The notes: generated by a model not told the origin, from the letters alone. Positions 17,127 through 26,165 are shown, counted from the stretch's first letter. The stretch: DNA of 27,006 nucleotides from a virus (IMGVR_UViG_3300017707_001044:1-27006); one strand, 5' to 3'. Numbers and translations: made by a program.

Positions 17127-17549
17127 ATGGATAACATGCCAATTTTAGGTGAAGATCAAAAAGCTGCATTGATTGAACGGTTACGTCAAGGCGCACCTGT
17201 AACAACAACATATTCCCCTCCTGATATGAAAAAATCAGTTGATTTAGGTATGGGAATGGGGAAAAAATACAAATCATTAAAAGATCAAGGCGATGGAAGC
17301 GCTTGGGAAGGCATGAAAACTCAATTAGGGGTGGGAAACCCTAATCTTTATGCAGACAATTACCAATCAGAATTTGGGCAATATGACCCTACATTTAAAG
17401 CTAACCCTACTGGAGCAACAACAATGCCTGTAGGTCAAACACCTCCACAAACAGGCGTTCAAACAGGTGGAATGTATGGTGGTAGTCTTTCAGACCCTTA
17501 TGCTGGTGTTAATCTTGATGGTAGCCGATACAGAGGAGCAGTAAGATAA
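17127..17549 (+). CDS. 140-aa low-complexity protein, putative internal virion protein
   Basis: Within ejection cluster; G/P/M/Q-rich; RBS GGAG. Confidence 0.7.
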   Translation: MDNMPILGEDQKAALIERLRQGAPVTTTYSPPDMKKSVDLGMGMGKKYKSLKDQGDGSAWEGMKTQLGVGNPNLYADNYQSEFGQYDPTFKANPTGATTMPVGQTPPQTGVQTGGMYGGSLSDPYAGVNLDGSRYRGAVR

Positions 17550-18862
17550 TGGCTAACTTATACGATGAAAAGATTTTAGGGACTAAGCAGAAGATTGCTT
17601 TAGCTCAAAAATTGCGTGAATCAGGTCAAGATATGCTTCAAGGGCAGATGATCGGTGATCGGTATGTACCTGCGTCTTGGACTCAGCATTTAGCTCAAGG
17701 TTTAAAACAAGGGCTTGGTACTTATCAAGAAATGAAAGGTGAGCAAGAGCTTAAAAATATCGAAAGAGAAAAAGCTCAAGCTACTGCACGCGCATTAAAT
17801 CAAATGGGAATGGCAGCGCCTGAAGATGTGTTAAAATCAGCAGAAGTACCTGCACAATCTCCTTCAGTATTTAATAGAATAGGTGCATTTGTAACAGGTG
17901 AAGATCAACCTAAAGGAGTACCTGCACAGCCATATCAACAAGTTTTAGTTCAAAACCCTAACGAAACCCAAATGATGGGTGGAATATTAGACTTAGCAGG
18001 GTCAAATCCTGAAATGGCGGCAGTTGCACAAGCAATGCAAGGTCAAAAATGGACGCGTGAAAATGCAGCTGCACTTGCAAAACAAGCTTTAATAGAAAAA
18101 AATGCAGCTAGAGAAGATACTCAAGCATTTCAAGCTCAACAAAATGAACTTACTAGACTTCAGGCGAAAATTCTACAAGATAATTTGATAGCTAATCGTC
18201 CGCAGTCTCAAGCGCCTCAAGGTTCTATAGTTGAAGTTATTGATCCTAATGATCCTACTAAGCTGATTAAGATTAATTCGATTACGCGTGAAGTTTACGG
18301 TACAAGTGGGACTGAACCTAAAGCGTTAATTAGGCAAGAAAAAGAACAAGCTAAGATTGATGAACAAGCCAAAGGTCAAGAAAATTTTCAATCATCATTG
18401 TACAATCTGAGGGATGAGTATAAAACTTTAAATTCATTAGGAAGCATAAAAACCGATCAAGATAGTTCTATAGCCAACGCTTTAGGAGTTAAACTTAAAA
18501 CTTCAACTGGGCAACTTCTTGGTACAAAAACAGGTACTGCTATAAGTAATATTGAGCAAGCTCGTAAATCAATAATTCAAGATATTAAAAATGCTACTGG
18601 AATGTCAGCAGGGCAATTAAATAGTAATTTTGAGCTTCAAAATATGCTTGCTACGGTAACTGATCCTAATTCATCTTATGAAGCAGTACAAGATCAACTT
18701 AATACGTTGAGTCAGAAATTTGGAACGGGGGAAGCTATATTTCCTGAAAGATTAAAACTTAAACAACAAGCTAATATGGTTCAAGGGCAAGCGCCTGTAA
18801 CTACACAACCCCCAGCGCTTGAAGCTAATCAAGCATTTAAACCTACTGTATCAGGTTGGTAA
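17549..18862 (+). CDS. Ejection / internal virion protein
   Basis: LAQKLR..QGQM...YVPAS..QHLA N-terminus; helical Q/A-rich. Confidence 0.7.
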   Translation: MANLYDEKILGTKQKIALAQKLRESGQDMLQGQMIGDRYVPASWTQHLAQGLKQGLGTYQEMKGEQELKNIEREKAQATARALNQMGMAAPEDVLKSAEVPAQSPSVFNRIGAFVTGEDQPKGVPAQPYQQVLVQNPNETQMMGGILDLAGSNPEMAAVAQAMQGQKWTRENAAALAKQALIEKNAAREDTQAFQAQQNELTRLQAKILQDNLIANRPQSQAPQGSIVEVIDPNDPTKLIKINSITREVYGTSGTEPKALIRQEKEQAKIDEQAKGQENFQSSLYNLRDEYKTLNSLGSIKTDQDSSIANALGVKLKTSTGQLLGTKTGTAISNIEQARKSIIQDIKNATGMSAGQLNSNFELQNMLATVTDPNSSYEAVQDQLNTLSQKFGTGEAIFPERLKLKQQANMVQGQAPVTTQPPALEANQAFKPTVSGW

Positions 18863-18864
18863 CA

Positions 18865-21399
18865 ATGGCAAATGTAACAGTTACTCTAGGTGATAAATCT
18901 CAGCATACTTATGAAAATGTGCCTGAAGGGATAACGCCTGAACAAGTGCATGAAAGAGCGGCTAAAGAATTTAATATGCCTGTATTGCATATAGCTAAAA
19001 ATACGATTGAAGATACCGCTTCAGTTGAAGAAATGAAGCCTTCTTTGATGGACGACTTGCGTAAAAATGTAAGTGAGGTTGGTAAGCAGTATCTTGAAAA
19101 TTTATATAGTGGGTATAACACTCTTGCAGGTGTTAGACAGGGTTTAGCTGCTCCATTTATAACTGTAGGTAATACAGTATCGGACGCATTAACCCCTACA
19201 AAATTATCTGATTTAATTACAGATAAAGAAAAACGGTTTGCTTTGCCGGGAATGCCTTTAGAAAATCCTAAAGCAACTTCTTATGGTGTTGGTAATCTTG
19301 TAGGGGAAACTGCCATTACCGCACCTGTTGGCGGTATATTAGGCTCAACGGCTAAAGTATTTAAAGCTCCACCTGCTTTAGTTAAAGCTATAACCACAGG
19401 CGGAACGGAAATGGGTGGGTTTGGCAAGGGTGAAAAGTTTGCCACTATTGGACGAGGGATAATAGGTGGAGGACTTACTGGCGGTGTTTCAACTGCACTT
19501 ACTGATCCCGAAGATATTTATACTGGAACTGCTGTAGGTGCGTTTACTCCTCATGTATTAGGGGTGTTAGGAACAGGTGCTACTAAAACTTACGATTTAT
19601 TATCAGGTAAATTAGCAGATGTAAACGCAGGTAAAATAGCTCGACAAGTGTTAGGTGAAAATCTACCCGCAACTAGAGAAGCGTTGCTTAACGCGCCTCA
19701 AGAATTAACTGCTGCTCAAGCAGCATATGGTAAAGCTACACCTGCTTTTGCGTCACTTGAAGGATTAGCGCGTACTACTCGCGGAGAACCTTATCTGGCT
19801 AAAGATTTAGCTTCTCAAGCTGAAAATAGGGTTGTTATGGGGGCTATGACCCCTAATAAGGAACAGGCGCTTGCTAATGAAGCTCAAGCTATTGCTAATA
19901 GAACAGGTCAATTAACTCAAGGTCAAGATGTTTTAAATACCGCATTAGCCAATCAAGTGCGTCAATTTGAAAGTAAAACTGCTAAGGATATTCCTCAAGT
20001 ACCTCATGGTGAAGTATTAGCAGGGTTAAAAACTTCTCTTGAATCAGCAGCGCAAAAAGCAGTTACTCCTTTATATGCGCAAGCTTTTGAATTAGCGCCT
20101 CATAAATTTGATGTAAGTAATGTAGCTTCTGCGGCTGAGGATATTCAAGGCCATTTAGCATCAATTCTTAACCCTGATACTAAGCCTGAAATCGCAAATG
20201 CAATTTCTAAAGTGTTTCAATCGACTCCTGCAACACCAGGTAAAGTAGTAACCAATTTAGCAACTGGCACTAAAACTATGATGGGTAGTAAACCAGCATT
20301 AGCGCCTCAAGCAACGTTACAAGATTTAGATGAAGTTAATAAAGGTATTACTACAGCACTTAGCGATGCTAGAGCTGCGGCTCAGCCTGATAATAGGCTT
20401 ATATCTAACCTTAATAACCTTAAAACTGAAGTTAATAAGGCAATTTCAGCAAACGTATCGAAGGACGCATTATCGGCATACAACAACGCAAAAGACGTAT
20501 GGAAAAAGACAGTGCATGAACCTTTTAGGGAAGGTGAAGTTAGAAAATTAACTAAAGAAAATGTATCCGGTAGGACATTAACACTACCTGAAAACGCGGC
20601 TAAACAGTTCCTTAGTTCTGAATCAGGCGCAGCTGATTTTAACAGAGCGTTTGGTAACGATCCTGATGCCAAAGAAGCGTTAAATTCAGGTATAGAACAT
20701 CTGCTGATGAACTCTAAAAACCCAGAAGCATTTTTGGTTGATAATAGGTTAAAACTTAATGAACTTAGTAAAACTAATCCCGATCTTCAACCGCGATTAG
20801 ATCGCCTAGCCGAGCAACTAAGAGGATTTAAAGCTGTACAGGGTTCACTAGAAGCAGAAAGTAAGCTTATCCCTGAAAAAGTAGCTACTGAAATTGCTAA
20901 TGCACCTAGCGCGGCTAATCAAGAAAGAGTTATTAGCCATCTTAGAAATATACTTCATCCGTTTCCTGGGCAAGAAAACGCAAGTCCTTTCTTATCTGCA
21001 CTTGAAAAAGCCGATGTAAGTTCTTTAAACGCACCTCAACAGTTGTATGGATTAAACACTATTCAAGCTAAACTTTTAAGAGATGCTGATTTGGCGGCAC
21101 AAGCGGAAGCAGGTAAAGGAACATTAAAGCAAGCGTGGAAAGACAATACATTCTTGCAGAAATTACCTTCATATCTTAATGTTGCTACATCAACAGCGAA
21201 TAAAATTATAGGTATTACTGAAAAGCAACTGGCAAGTGCTATTGAACGTAAACTATCATCTGGGATGGAATCTCCTGAAAACGCAATTAAGATGCTCAAT
21301 ATGATGCCAGCGGATCAAAGAGCTACTATAATACGGGAATTAAGAAATGCAGGCCCTACAATTTCAAGGGCTGCGGTTTTATCAGCTAATAAATTTTAA
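18865..21399 (+). CDS. Large ejection / internal virion protein
   Basis: About 845 aa, Gly-rich hydrophobic segment followed by helical A-rich body; last gene before tail fibre; start set at ATG 18865. Confidence 0.7.
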   Translation: MANVTVTLGDKSQHTYENVPEGITPEQVHERAAKEFNMPVLHIAKNTIEDTASVEEMKPSLMDDLRKNVSEVGKQYLENLYSGYNTLAGVRQGLAAPFITVGNTVSDALTPTKLSDLITDKEKRFALPGMPLENPKATSYGVGNLVGETAITAPVGGILGSTAKVFKAPPALVKAITTGGTEMGGFGKGEKFATIGRGIIGGGLTGGVSTALTDPEDIYTGTAVGAFTPHVLGVLGTGATKTYDLLSGKLADVNAGKIARQVLGENLPATREALLNAPQELTAAQAAYGKATPAFASLEGLARTTRGEPYLAKDLASQAENRVVMGAMTPNKEQALANEAQAIANRTGQLTQGQDVLNTALANQVRQFESKTAKDIPQVPHGEVLAGLKTSLESAAQKAVTPLYAQAFELAPHKFDVSNVASAAEDIQGHLASILNPDTKPEIANAISKVFQSTPATPGKVVTNLATGTKTMMGSKPALAPQATLQDLDEVNKGITTALSDARAAAQPDNRLISNLNNLKTEVNKAISANVSKDALSAYNNAKDVWKKTVHEPFREGEVRKLTKENVSGRTLTLPENAAKQFLSSESGAADFNRAFGNDPDAKEALNSGIEHLLMNSKNPEAFLVDNRLKLNELSKTNPDLQPRLDRLAEQLRGFKAVQGSLEAESKLIPEKVATEIANAPSAANQERVISHLRNILHPFPGQENASPFLSALEKADVSSLNAPQQLYGLNTIQAKLLRDADLAAQAEAGKGTLKQAWKDNTFLQKLPSYLNVATSTANKIIGITEKQLASAIERKLSSGMESPENAIKMLNMMPADQRATIIRELRNAGPTISRAAVLSANKF

Positions 21400-21408
21400 G
21401 GAATAACA

Positions 21409-22488
21409 ATGCCATACAGTTCTGGAACTTACTCCCTGCCTTCTGGTAATCCAGTCGTAACAGGGACAACGATTTCATCTTCAACTACTAACACTACTAA
21501 TTCAGATATAGCAACTGCGTTAAGTACCTGTGTATTGAAAGATGGGACGCAAACTATTACCGCGAACTTGCCAATGGCAAGCCATAAGCTGACCGGATTA
21601 TCGGCTGGTACTACCGCAGGTGATTCAGTTGAATATGGTGGCAGCCCGTCATTCACCAATCTTGCCTACACAGGCACACTCACAGGCTCTACAGGTGTTC
21701 TTGCCATAGGTACAAATCAAATATATAAAGATGCCTCCGGCAACGTGGGGATTGGGACGAGTAGTCCGGTTACGTTTGGTGGAAAACTTAGCGTAGTAGG
21801 TGTTGGTAGTACACAAAGTACAGTTATGGTGCAGAATCCGGGACAAGGAATTTGTCATTTAGGTTTTGCAAGTACTGGAAGTAATGTAAAGTTATATAAT
21901 TGTTATGCTACTGGAACATTGGCTGGCGGTGCGGGAATTGATATCGATTCGTCAGGCAACTTGCTTGTGGGGACTACGAGTGTAATAGCAAATGGAAAAA
22001 TAAATTCTGTTTTTGACCAAGCAAGCGCATCAGGTATAGGCTTAAAAAATACCAGTGCAACTGCAACAGGGTATTATTGTGCATTTTATAACTCCGCAGG
22101 GACTTTGCAGGGGTCGATCACGCAAGCCAGTTCGACCGTTACTGCATATAATGTAACTTCAGATAAAAGATTAAAAATAGATAAAGGCGTAGCTACAGAT
22201 ACATCAGTAATTGATAAAACTACTATCCATGATTTTGAATGGAAAGCCGATGGTGTTTTAGATCGCGGTGTATTTGCACAAGAAGCTCAGTTAGTTAAAC
22301 CATCCGCAGTTACAAAAGGTAAGGATGATGTAAATAAAGAAGGGGATATAGTACATCCTTGGGCTGTTGATTACTCTAAATATGTCCCAGATTTGATTGT
22401 TTATTGCCAACAACTTAAAAAGCAAAATCAAGAACAACAAACCCTCATTGAAGCATTAACCGCAAGACTAACTAAAGCAGGATTATAA
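21409..22488 (+). CDS. Tail fibre with C-terminal intramolecular chaperone (peptidase S74-like) domain
   Basis: GNPVVTGTTISS anchor, SGNVGIGT/SGNLLVGT motifs, TSDKRLK autocleavage motif, GVFAQE, VDYSK, terminal coiled coil. Confidence 0.9.
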   Translation: MPYSSGTYSLPSGNPVVTGTTISSSTTNTTNSDIATALSTCVLKDGTQTITANLPMASHKLTGLSAGTTAGDSVEYGGSPSFTNLAYTGTLTGSTGVLAIGTNQIYKDASGNVGIGTSSPVTFGGKLSVVGVGSTQSTVMVQNPGQGICHLGFASTGSNVKLYNCYATGTLAGGAGIDIDSSGNLLVGTTSVIANGKINSVFDQASASGIGLKNTSATATGYYCAFYNSAGTLQGSITQASSTVTAYNVTSDKRLKIDKGVATDTSVIDKTTIHDFEWKADGVLDRGVFAQEAQLVKPSAVTKGKDDVNKEGDIVHPWAVDYSKYVPDLIVYCQQLKKQNQEQQTLIEALTARLTKAGL

Positions 22489-22489
22489 A

Positions 22490-22819
22490 ATGATTACAAA
22501 CACTTGGAACATTGTAGCAATGAATTGTAAACCAGATGTCAATGGTATGCTTGATTATGTCGTTACGGCTCATTGGACTCTCAGCGGTACTGATGGAACT
22601 TACACAGGTTCAGTGTATGGCACAGCATCTTTTGAAGTTGATCCTGCTAAATCTAATTATGTGCCTTATGCTGACTTAACTTTAGATAAAGTAGTTGCTT
22701 GGGCTAAAGCAGCATTAGGCGCAGAACAAGTAGCATCGTATGAAGCAAACGTAGCAGCTCAAATCGAAGCACAAATAAATCCAACTATTGTCACACCACC
22801 ATTACCTTGGGTAGCCTAA
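22490..22819 (+). CDS. Tail-fibre-associated protein
   Basis: Directly follows fibre; YVPYADLT..V..W and C-terminal PLPW motifs. Confidence 0.7.
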   Translation: MITNTWNIVAMNCKPDVNGMLDYVVTAHWTLSGTDGTYTGSVYGTASFEVDPAKSNYVPYADLTLDKVVAWAKAALGAEQVASYEANVAAQIEAQINPTIVTPPLPWVA

Positions 22820-22974
22820 TGATTAACCTAGAATTATCAGTACAAGAAATAAACTTAATTCTACAAGCATTGGGTCAAGCACCCTATGTACAAGTGGCAG
22901 ATATAATTGATAAAGTAAAAACACAAGCTGTGCCTCAAGTTGAGGCGTTACCTAAAGAAGAGGCTGTGGAATAA
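22819..22974 (+). CDS. 51-aa protein MINLELSVQEINLILQALGQAPYVQVADIIDKVKTQ... (not in ORF track)
   Basis: TAATG coupling; fills the gap to the holin; LxxxEINxILxALxxxPY pattern recurrent after phage fibre genes. Confidence 0.8.
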   Translation: MINLELSVQEINLILQALGQAPYVQVADIIDKVKTQAVPQVEALPKEEAVE

Positions 22975-22975
22975 T

Positions 22976-23137
22976 ATGAACTTTGACTGGTCAGAAGCTT
23001 CAACAAAACGCGGTCTTATATGGGTGGCTACAGCTATTATAGGCGCGATTCTTATTTTTATGGATAAACCCATAGATCAGCTTTTAATTCTTGCTAGTGG
23101 CGTTGCTGGTGGGCTTGGAATGATGCTAAAGGACTAG
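22976..23137 (+). CDS. Putative holin (53 aa, two hydrophobic segments)
   Basis: EASTKRG then TM segments; start reassigned to ATG 22976. Confidence 0.6.
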   Translation: MNFDWSEASTKRGLIWVATAIIGAILIFMDKPIDQLLILASGVAGGLGMMLKD

Positions 23138-23141
23138 GTGA

Positions 23142-23372
23142 ATGATGACAGACCTTAATTGCCGTGTGGCTAAAGTAGAGCAGAAGATTGAAGGTCTTAC
23201 TCAAGAACTTCATAAAGAGCTGGAAGATTCACGCAGAAGGTCTGATCGAATATTCATGATACTAGACGAACTTAAAAAAGATTCAGCCAACAATAAAGGC
23301 TTCTTTGGTGGAGTTGTTTTTGCTGTTGGGGCTATTTTTGCCGTTATAGCGTACGTTTTTGGAAAAGGATAA
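23142..23372 (+). CDS. Coiled-coil protein with C-terminal TM (lysis-associated membrane protein)
   Basis: Heptad N-terminus, GFFGGVVFAVGAIFAVIAYVF TM. Confidence 0.65.
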   Translation: MMTDLNCRVAKVEQKIEGLTQELHKELEDSRRRSDRIFMILDELKKDSANNKGFFGGVVFAVGAIFAVIAYVFGKG

Positions 23373-23374
23373 AG

Positions 23375-23731
23375 ATGGAACATTTAATATCATTACTGTT
23401 TTTAGCGCGTGATCTGGCACATCGAGAACACCTAAAAACTAAATCATTTGCACAGCACATGGCATTAGGTAGCTTCTATGACGCTATTGTTGAGAACGCA
23501 GATGCAATCGCTGAAGCTTATCAAGGGCAATATGGCTTGATGAAGAACATTGAAATTCTTGGCTACACCGATAGCAAAGAAATCATTATCGAATTGCAAG
23601 CGCAAGTGAAGTGGATCAAAGACAACCGTTATAAAGTATGTGATAAAGAAGATACCGCCATTCAGAATCTGATTGATACCGCAGTTGAAACGTACTTATC
23701 TACACTCTACAAATTACGGTTCTTGAGTTAA
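23375..23731 (+). CDS. Dps/ferritin-like four-helix-bundle protein (DUF5856-like)
   Basis: AHREH...F..HMALGSFYD......DAIAE matches Dps ferroxidase-centre spacing. Confidence 0.8.
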   Translation: MEHLISLLFLARDLAHREHLKTKSFAQHMALGSFYDAIVENADAIAEAYQGQYGLMKNIEILGYTDSKEIIIELQAQVKWIKDNRYKVCDKEDTAIQNLIDTAVETYLSTLYKLRFLS

Positions 23732-24162
23732 TGTCGGCATTAGAAATATTAATCAAGTTAATTAAAGAGTCAGAAGGTTGTAAACTTACCAGTTATAAAT
23801 GCCCGGCTGGAATCTGGACGATAGGTTACGGTCAAACCAAAGGCATTAAAGAAGGAATGACTTGGACTCAAAATCAAGCCGATGAAGATATAGTTAAAAC
23901 CGCATTAGAAGTGCTTAACAGAGCGATAAAGTATTCACCTATACTGGCAACTGCCAACATGGAAAAACAAGCTGCAATCGCTGATTTTATCTATAATTTA
24001 GGTGTTGGTAACTACGCTACTTCAACGCTAAAGAAGAAAGTTGATGTTGGTGATTGGGTGTCCGCAGCGTCTGAAATTAAACGCTGGGACAAAGCCGCAG
24101 GGAAAGTGCTAAAAGGACTTACTGTTCGTAGAGAGAAGGAGGCGGCTCTACTGCTGGAGTAG
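23731..24162 (+). CDS. Endolysin, GH24 phage lysozyme
   Basis: E-X8-C-X5-T triad (EGCKLTSYKCPAGIWT), IGYG, FIYNLG, GLTVRR.KE. Confidence 0.95.
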   Translation: MSALEILIKLIKESEGCKLTSYKCPAGIWTIGYGQTKGIKEGMTWTQNQADEDIVKTALEVLNRAIKYSPILATANMEKQAAIADFIYNLGVGNYATSTLKKKVDVGDWVSAASEIKRWDKAAGKVLKGLTVRREKEAALLLE

Positions 24163-24466
24163 ACGCATACGGGTTATTAGGACTTTGATTGCTCAACTCC
24201 GATCCGTACTGCGAATAAGGATTGTTAATACTGGTATTCGATAATGTTGATCCATATTGCGTTAAGGGATTGCTAATCGAGTTAATTGCCATCGGATTAG
24301 ATGTCATTTCACCTAAATAAGTTCCATCGGGGGCATATAAAGATGCAGAAAATGCGTCTTTAAAGTTAAACATTAATGATATAATGAGCAAAACCATTAA
24401 AAATAGGTTCATTAAACGTGATTTATACAATTTTTGTTCGATTTCTTCACAGTTATAGAATATCAT
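24119..24466 (-). CDS. Exported/membrane-anchored protein with SxxNPxxxYGS repeats
   Basis: Hydrophobic LFLMVLLIISLMF, DGTYLG, repeated NP..QYGS; start reassigned to ATGA-coupled ATG 24466. Confidence 0.75.
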   Translation of the reverse strand: MIFYNCEEIEQKLYKSRLMNLFLMVLLIISLMFNFKDAFSASLYAPDGTYLGEMTSNPMAINSISNPLTQYGSTLSNTSINNPYSQYGSELSNQSPNNPYASTPAVEPPPSLYEQ

Positions 24467-24648
24467 TGTTGCTCTCCGAATAGTTGATTGCGCTCCCTTG
24501 CCATCCTCAAGGTGCAAAAACGTTGATGTAGCCGTATCATAACCATTGCACGTCTAGCACCTGTTTTTTCTTCCTCAAGAAGTTTAAGGACTTCTTCTTC
24601 ATTCATACCTGCCAATACCTCGTTTAAACTTCTCCAACTTAATTTCAT
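24463..24648 (-). CDS. Conserved 61-aa phage protein
   Basis: RBS AGGAG; WRxLN...RLHQR..TLR..RER pattern. Confidence 0.8.
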   Translation of the reverse strand: MKLSWRSLNEVLAGMNEEEVLKLLEEEKTGARRAMVMIRLHQRFCTLRMARERNQLFGEQQ

Positions 24649-24725
24649 GCTTCTAATCTCCTATGCGAATGTAATTGTTCTTCAGCTTGTTTTCTAGCTA
24701 AAATTGCGTCATTTTGAAAGTTCTC
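24645..24725 (-). pseudogene. Possible remnant of the AP2 domain of an HNH-AP2 homing endonuclease
   Basis: Startless frame reads ENFQNDAILARKQAEEQLHSHRRLEA*, with stop ATGA-coupled to the next gene. Confidence 0.45.
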
Positions 24726-26055
24726 CTATCGCAATTTCAGATAACGTGCATTTTTCCTGTAATACAGAATAAATGCGTTCGTCTATAGTATTTTCAGTCA
24801 TTAATATATAACACCACACTTCACGTTTCTGACCACTCCGGTGAATACGCCCTATTGCCTGTTCGTACAGCTCCAGTGACCACGGTAGCGATAAGAACAC
24901 TATCTTATTGCCATGATGCTGAAGATTCAGTCCATGCCCTGCGCTCTTAGGGTGTGCCAACAACAACTCAATCTGCCCAGTATTCCAGCGCTCAACGGCA
25001 TTAGGATCATCTAATGTTTGAGCGTGAGGGTATCTCCGTTTGAGTTCTTCAAGTTCTTCCTTGTACATGTAAAAAATCATTGTACAATCTCTTTGATTTT
25101 CTGCAAGCAATTCTTCTAATCTATCGAATTTATGGCTAGAAAACCATATTGATTGTGTGGAAGTGTTGAATTTACCTGGCGACTTACTGGGAGAAGATGT
25201 TGAGTGATAAACAAACCCAGAACTCATTTGTTGAAGCTTACCCGTCACTACTGCAAGATTAGTTGCAACCGCAGTTGCACTGGGGAACGCTACAACTAAA
25301 TCCTTCTTCATAGTATTATAGTGTTCCATATCCATCTGGCACTTAATCTCAACCATGTGCAATGGTGGCATCAGATCAGCGTAATCTCCTGCGTCTAACA
25401 GATAGGTAGCAGGTTTGATAGTTTTCATAATCTTAGATAAGGAATCAGGACGTGCAGCCCATTCACCATAATCACGATTCATCAGAACAAAATACTGTTG
25501 CAGGAAAGCGTTTTTGCTTCTGCCTAGCAATGATTGGTCTACTACTTTACATTGTCCAAACACATCTTCTAAACCATTGCTAGTAAATGATCCGGTCAAG
25601 CCCCAGCGTATCTTGAACAGGTCTATCACTTTGAACAAGGCTTTAAAACGTGACCCAGACGGGTTCTTCAAACGTGTCAGCTCGTCAAAAACGATGCCGT
25701 CAAAGCCTTGAAGCAAGTCTGGACGTTCACGGCAAAGCCATAACAGATTATCGTAATTGGTAACGATTACATTAGCAGCGCAATTAAACGCTGCTATTCT
25801 GTTCTTAGCAGTTCCTATCGCTATTTCAATGAATATGTTAGAAGCCCATTTAAGCCCTTCCTGCCTCCAAACATCAGTACACACACGTTTAGGCGCAAGC
25901 ACTAAGAATCGTTTAACATGCCCGTCCTGTATCATCGCTTGCATAGCTGTTAGCGTGATGGCCGTCTTGCCAGCACCAACTGGCGCAAGAATCATTGCTC
26001 GATCACGGCTGTACAAGAAATCAGCAGCTTCATCCTGATAAGGTCTTAAAACCAT
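24709..26055 (-). CDS. SNF2-family (SF2) helicase
   Basis: LRPYQ Q-motif, GAGKT, FDE, LTGS, SAGHGLNLQ, QAIGRIHRSGQ; start set at ATG 26055 with RBS GGAGA. Confidence 0.95.
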   Translation of the reverse strand: MVLRPYQDEAADFLYSRDRAMILAPVGAGKTAITLTAMQAMIQDGHVKRFLVLAPKRVCTDVWRQEGLKWASNIFIEIAIGTAKNRIAAFNCAANVIVTNYDNLLWLCRERPDLLQGFDGIVFDELTRLKNPSGSRFKALFKVIDLFKIRWGLTGSFTSNGLEDVFGQCKVVDQSLLGRSKNAFLQQYFVLMNRDYGEWAARPDSLSKIMKTIKPATYLLDAGDYADLMPPLHMVEIKCQMDMEHYNTMKKDLVVAFPSATAVATNLAVVTGKLQQMSSGFVYHSTSSPSKSPGKFNTSTQSIWFSSHKFDRLEELLAENQRDCTMIFYMYKEELEELKRRYPHAQTLDDPNAVERWNTGQIELLLAHPKSAGHGLNLQHHGNKIVFLSLPWSLELYEQAIGRIHRSGQKREVWCYILMTENTIDERIYSVLQEKCTLSEIAIGELSK

Positions 26056-26165
26056 TGGTTTCTCCAATTTAAATAAGCTTCACAAGGCGTGCGTCCATAT
26101 CCTGCAATTTCGTAAGGCCCTCCACATACCCAAAATCGTCCTACTCGTTTAATTTTTGGTTTCAT
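26046..26165 (-). CDS. 39-aa protein MKPKIKRVGRFWVCGGPYEIAGYGRTPCEAYLNWRNQWF (not in ORF track)
   Basis: Fills the gap upstream of the helicase; WxC...GYGxTPxEAYxxW pattern. Confidence 0.7.
   Translation of the reverse strand: MKPKIKRVGRFWVCGGPYEIAGYGRTPCEAYLNWRNQWF

Noticed and set aside
8071-21411. Stop-codon reassignment suggested by in-frame neighbours (8073/8083, 12130/12140, 21399/21409)
   Set aside because: All genes are full length in the standard code; the 9-nt gaps are explained by stops overlapping the next RBS
21409-22488. Diversity-generating retroelement or invertible tail-fibre cassette
   Set aside because: No reverse transcriptase, TR/VR pair or recombinase seen in the window
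2967-26038. Antisense and alternate-frame ORFs in the track (e.g. 3208-3498, 7260-7535, 20382-20672, 25757-26038)
   Set aside because: Shadows of well-supported genes with no motifs or start signals
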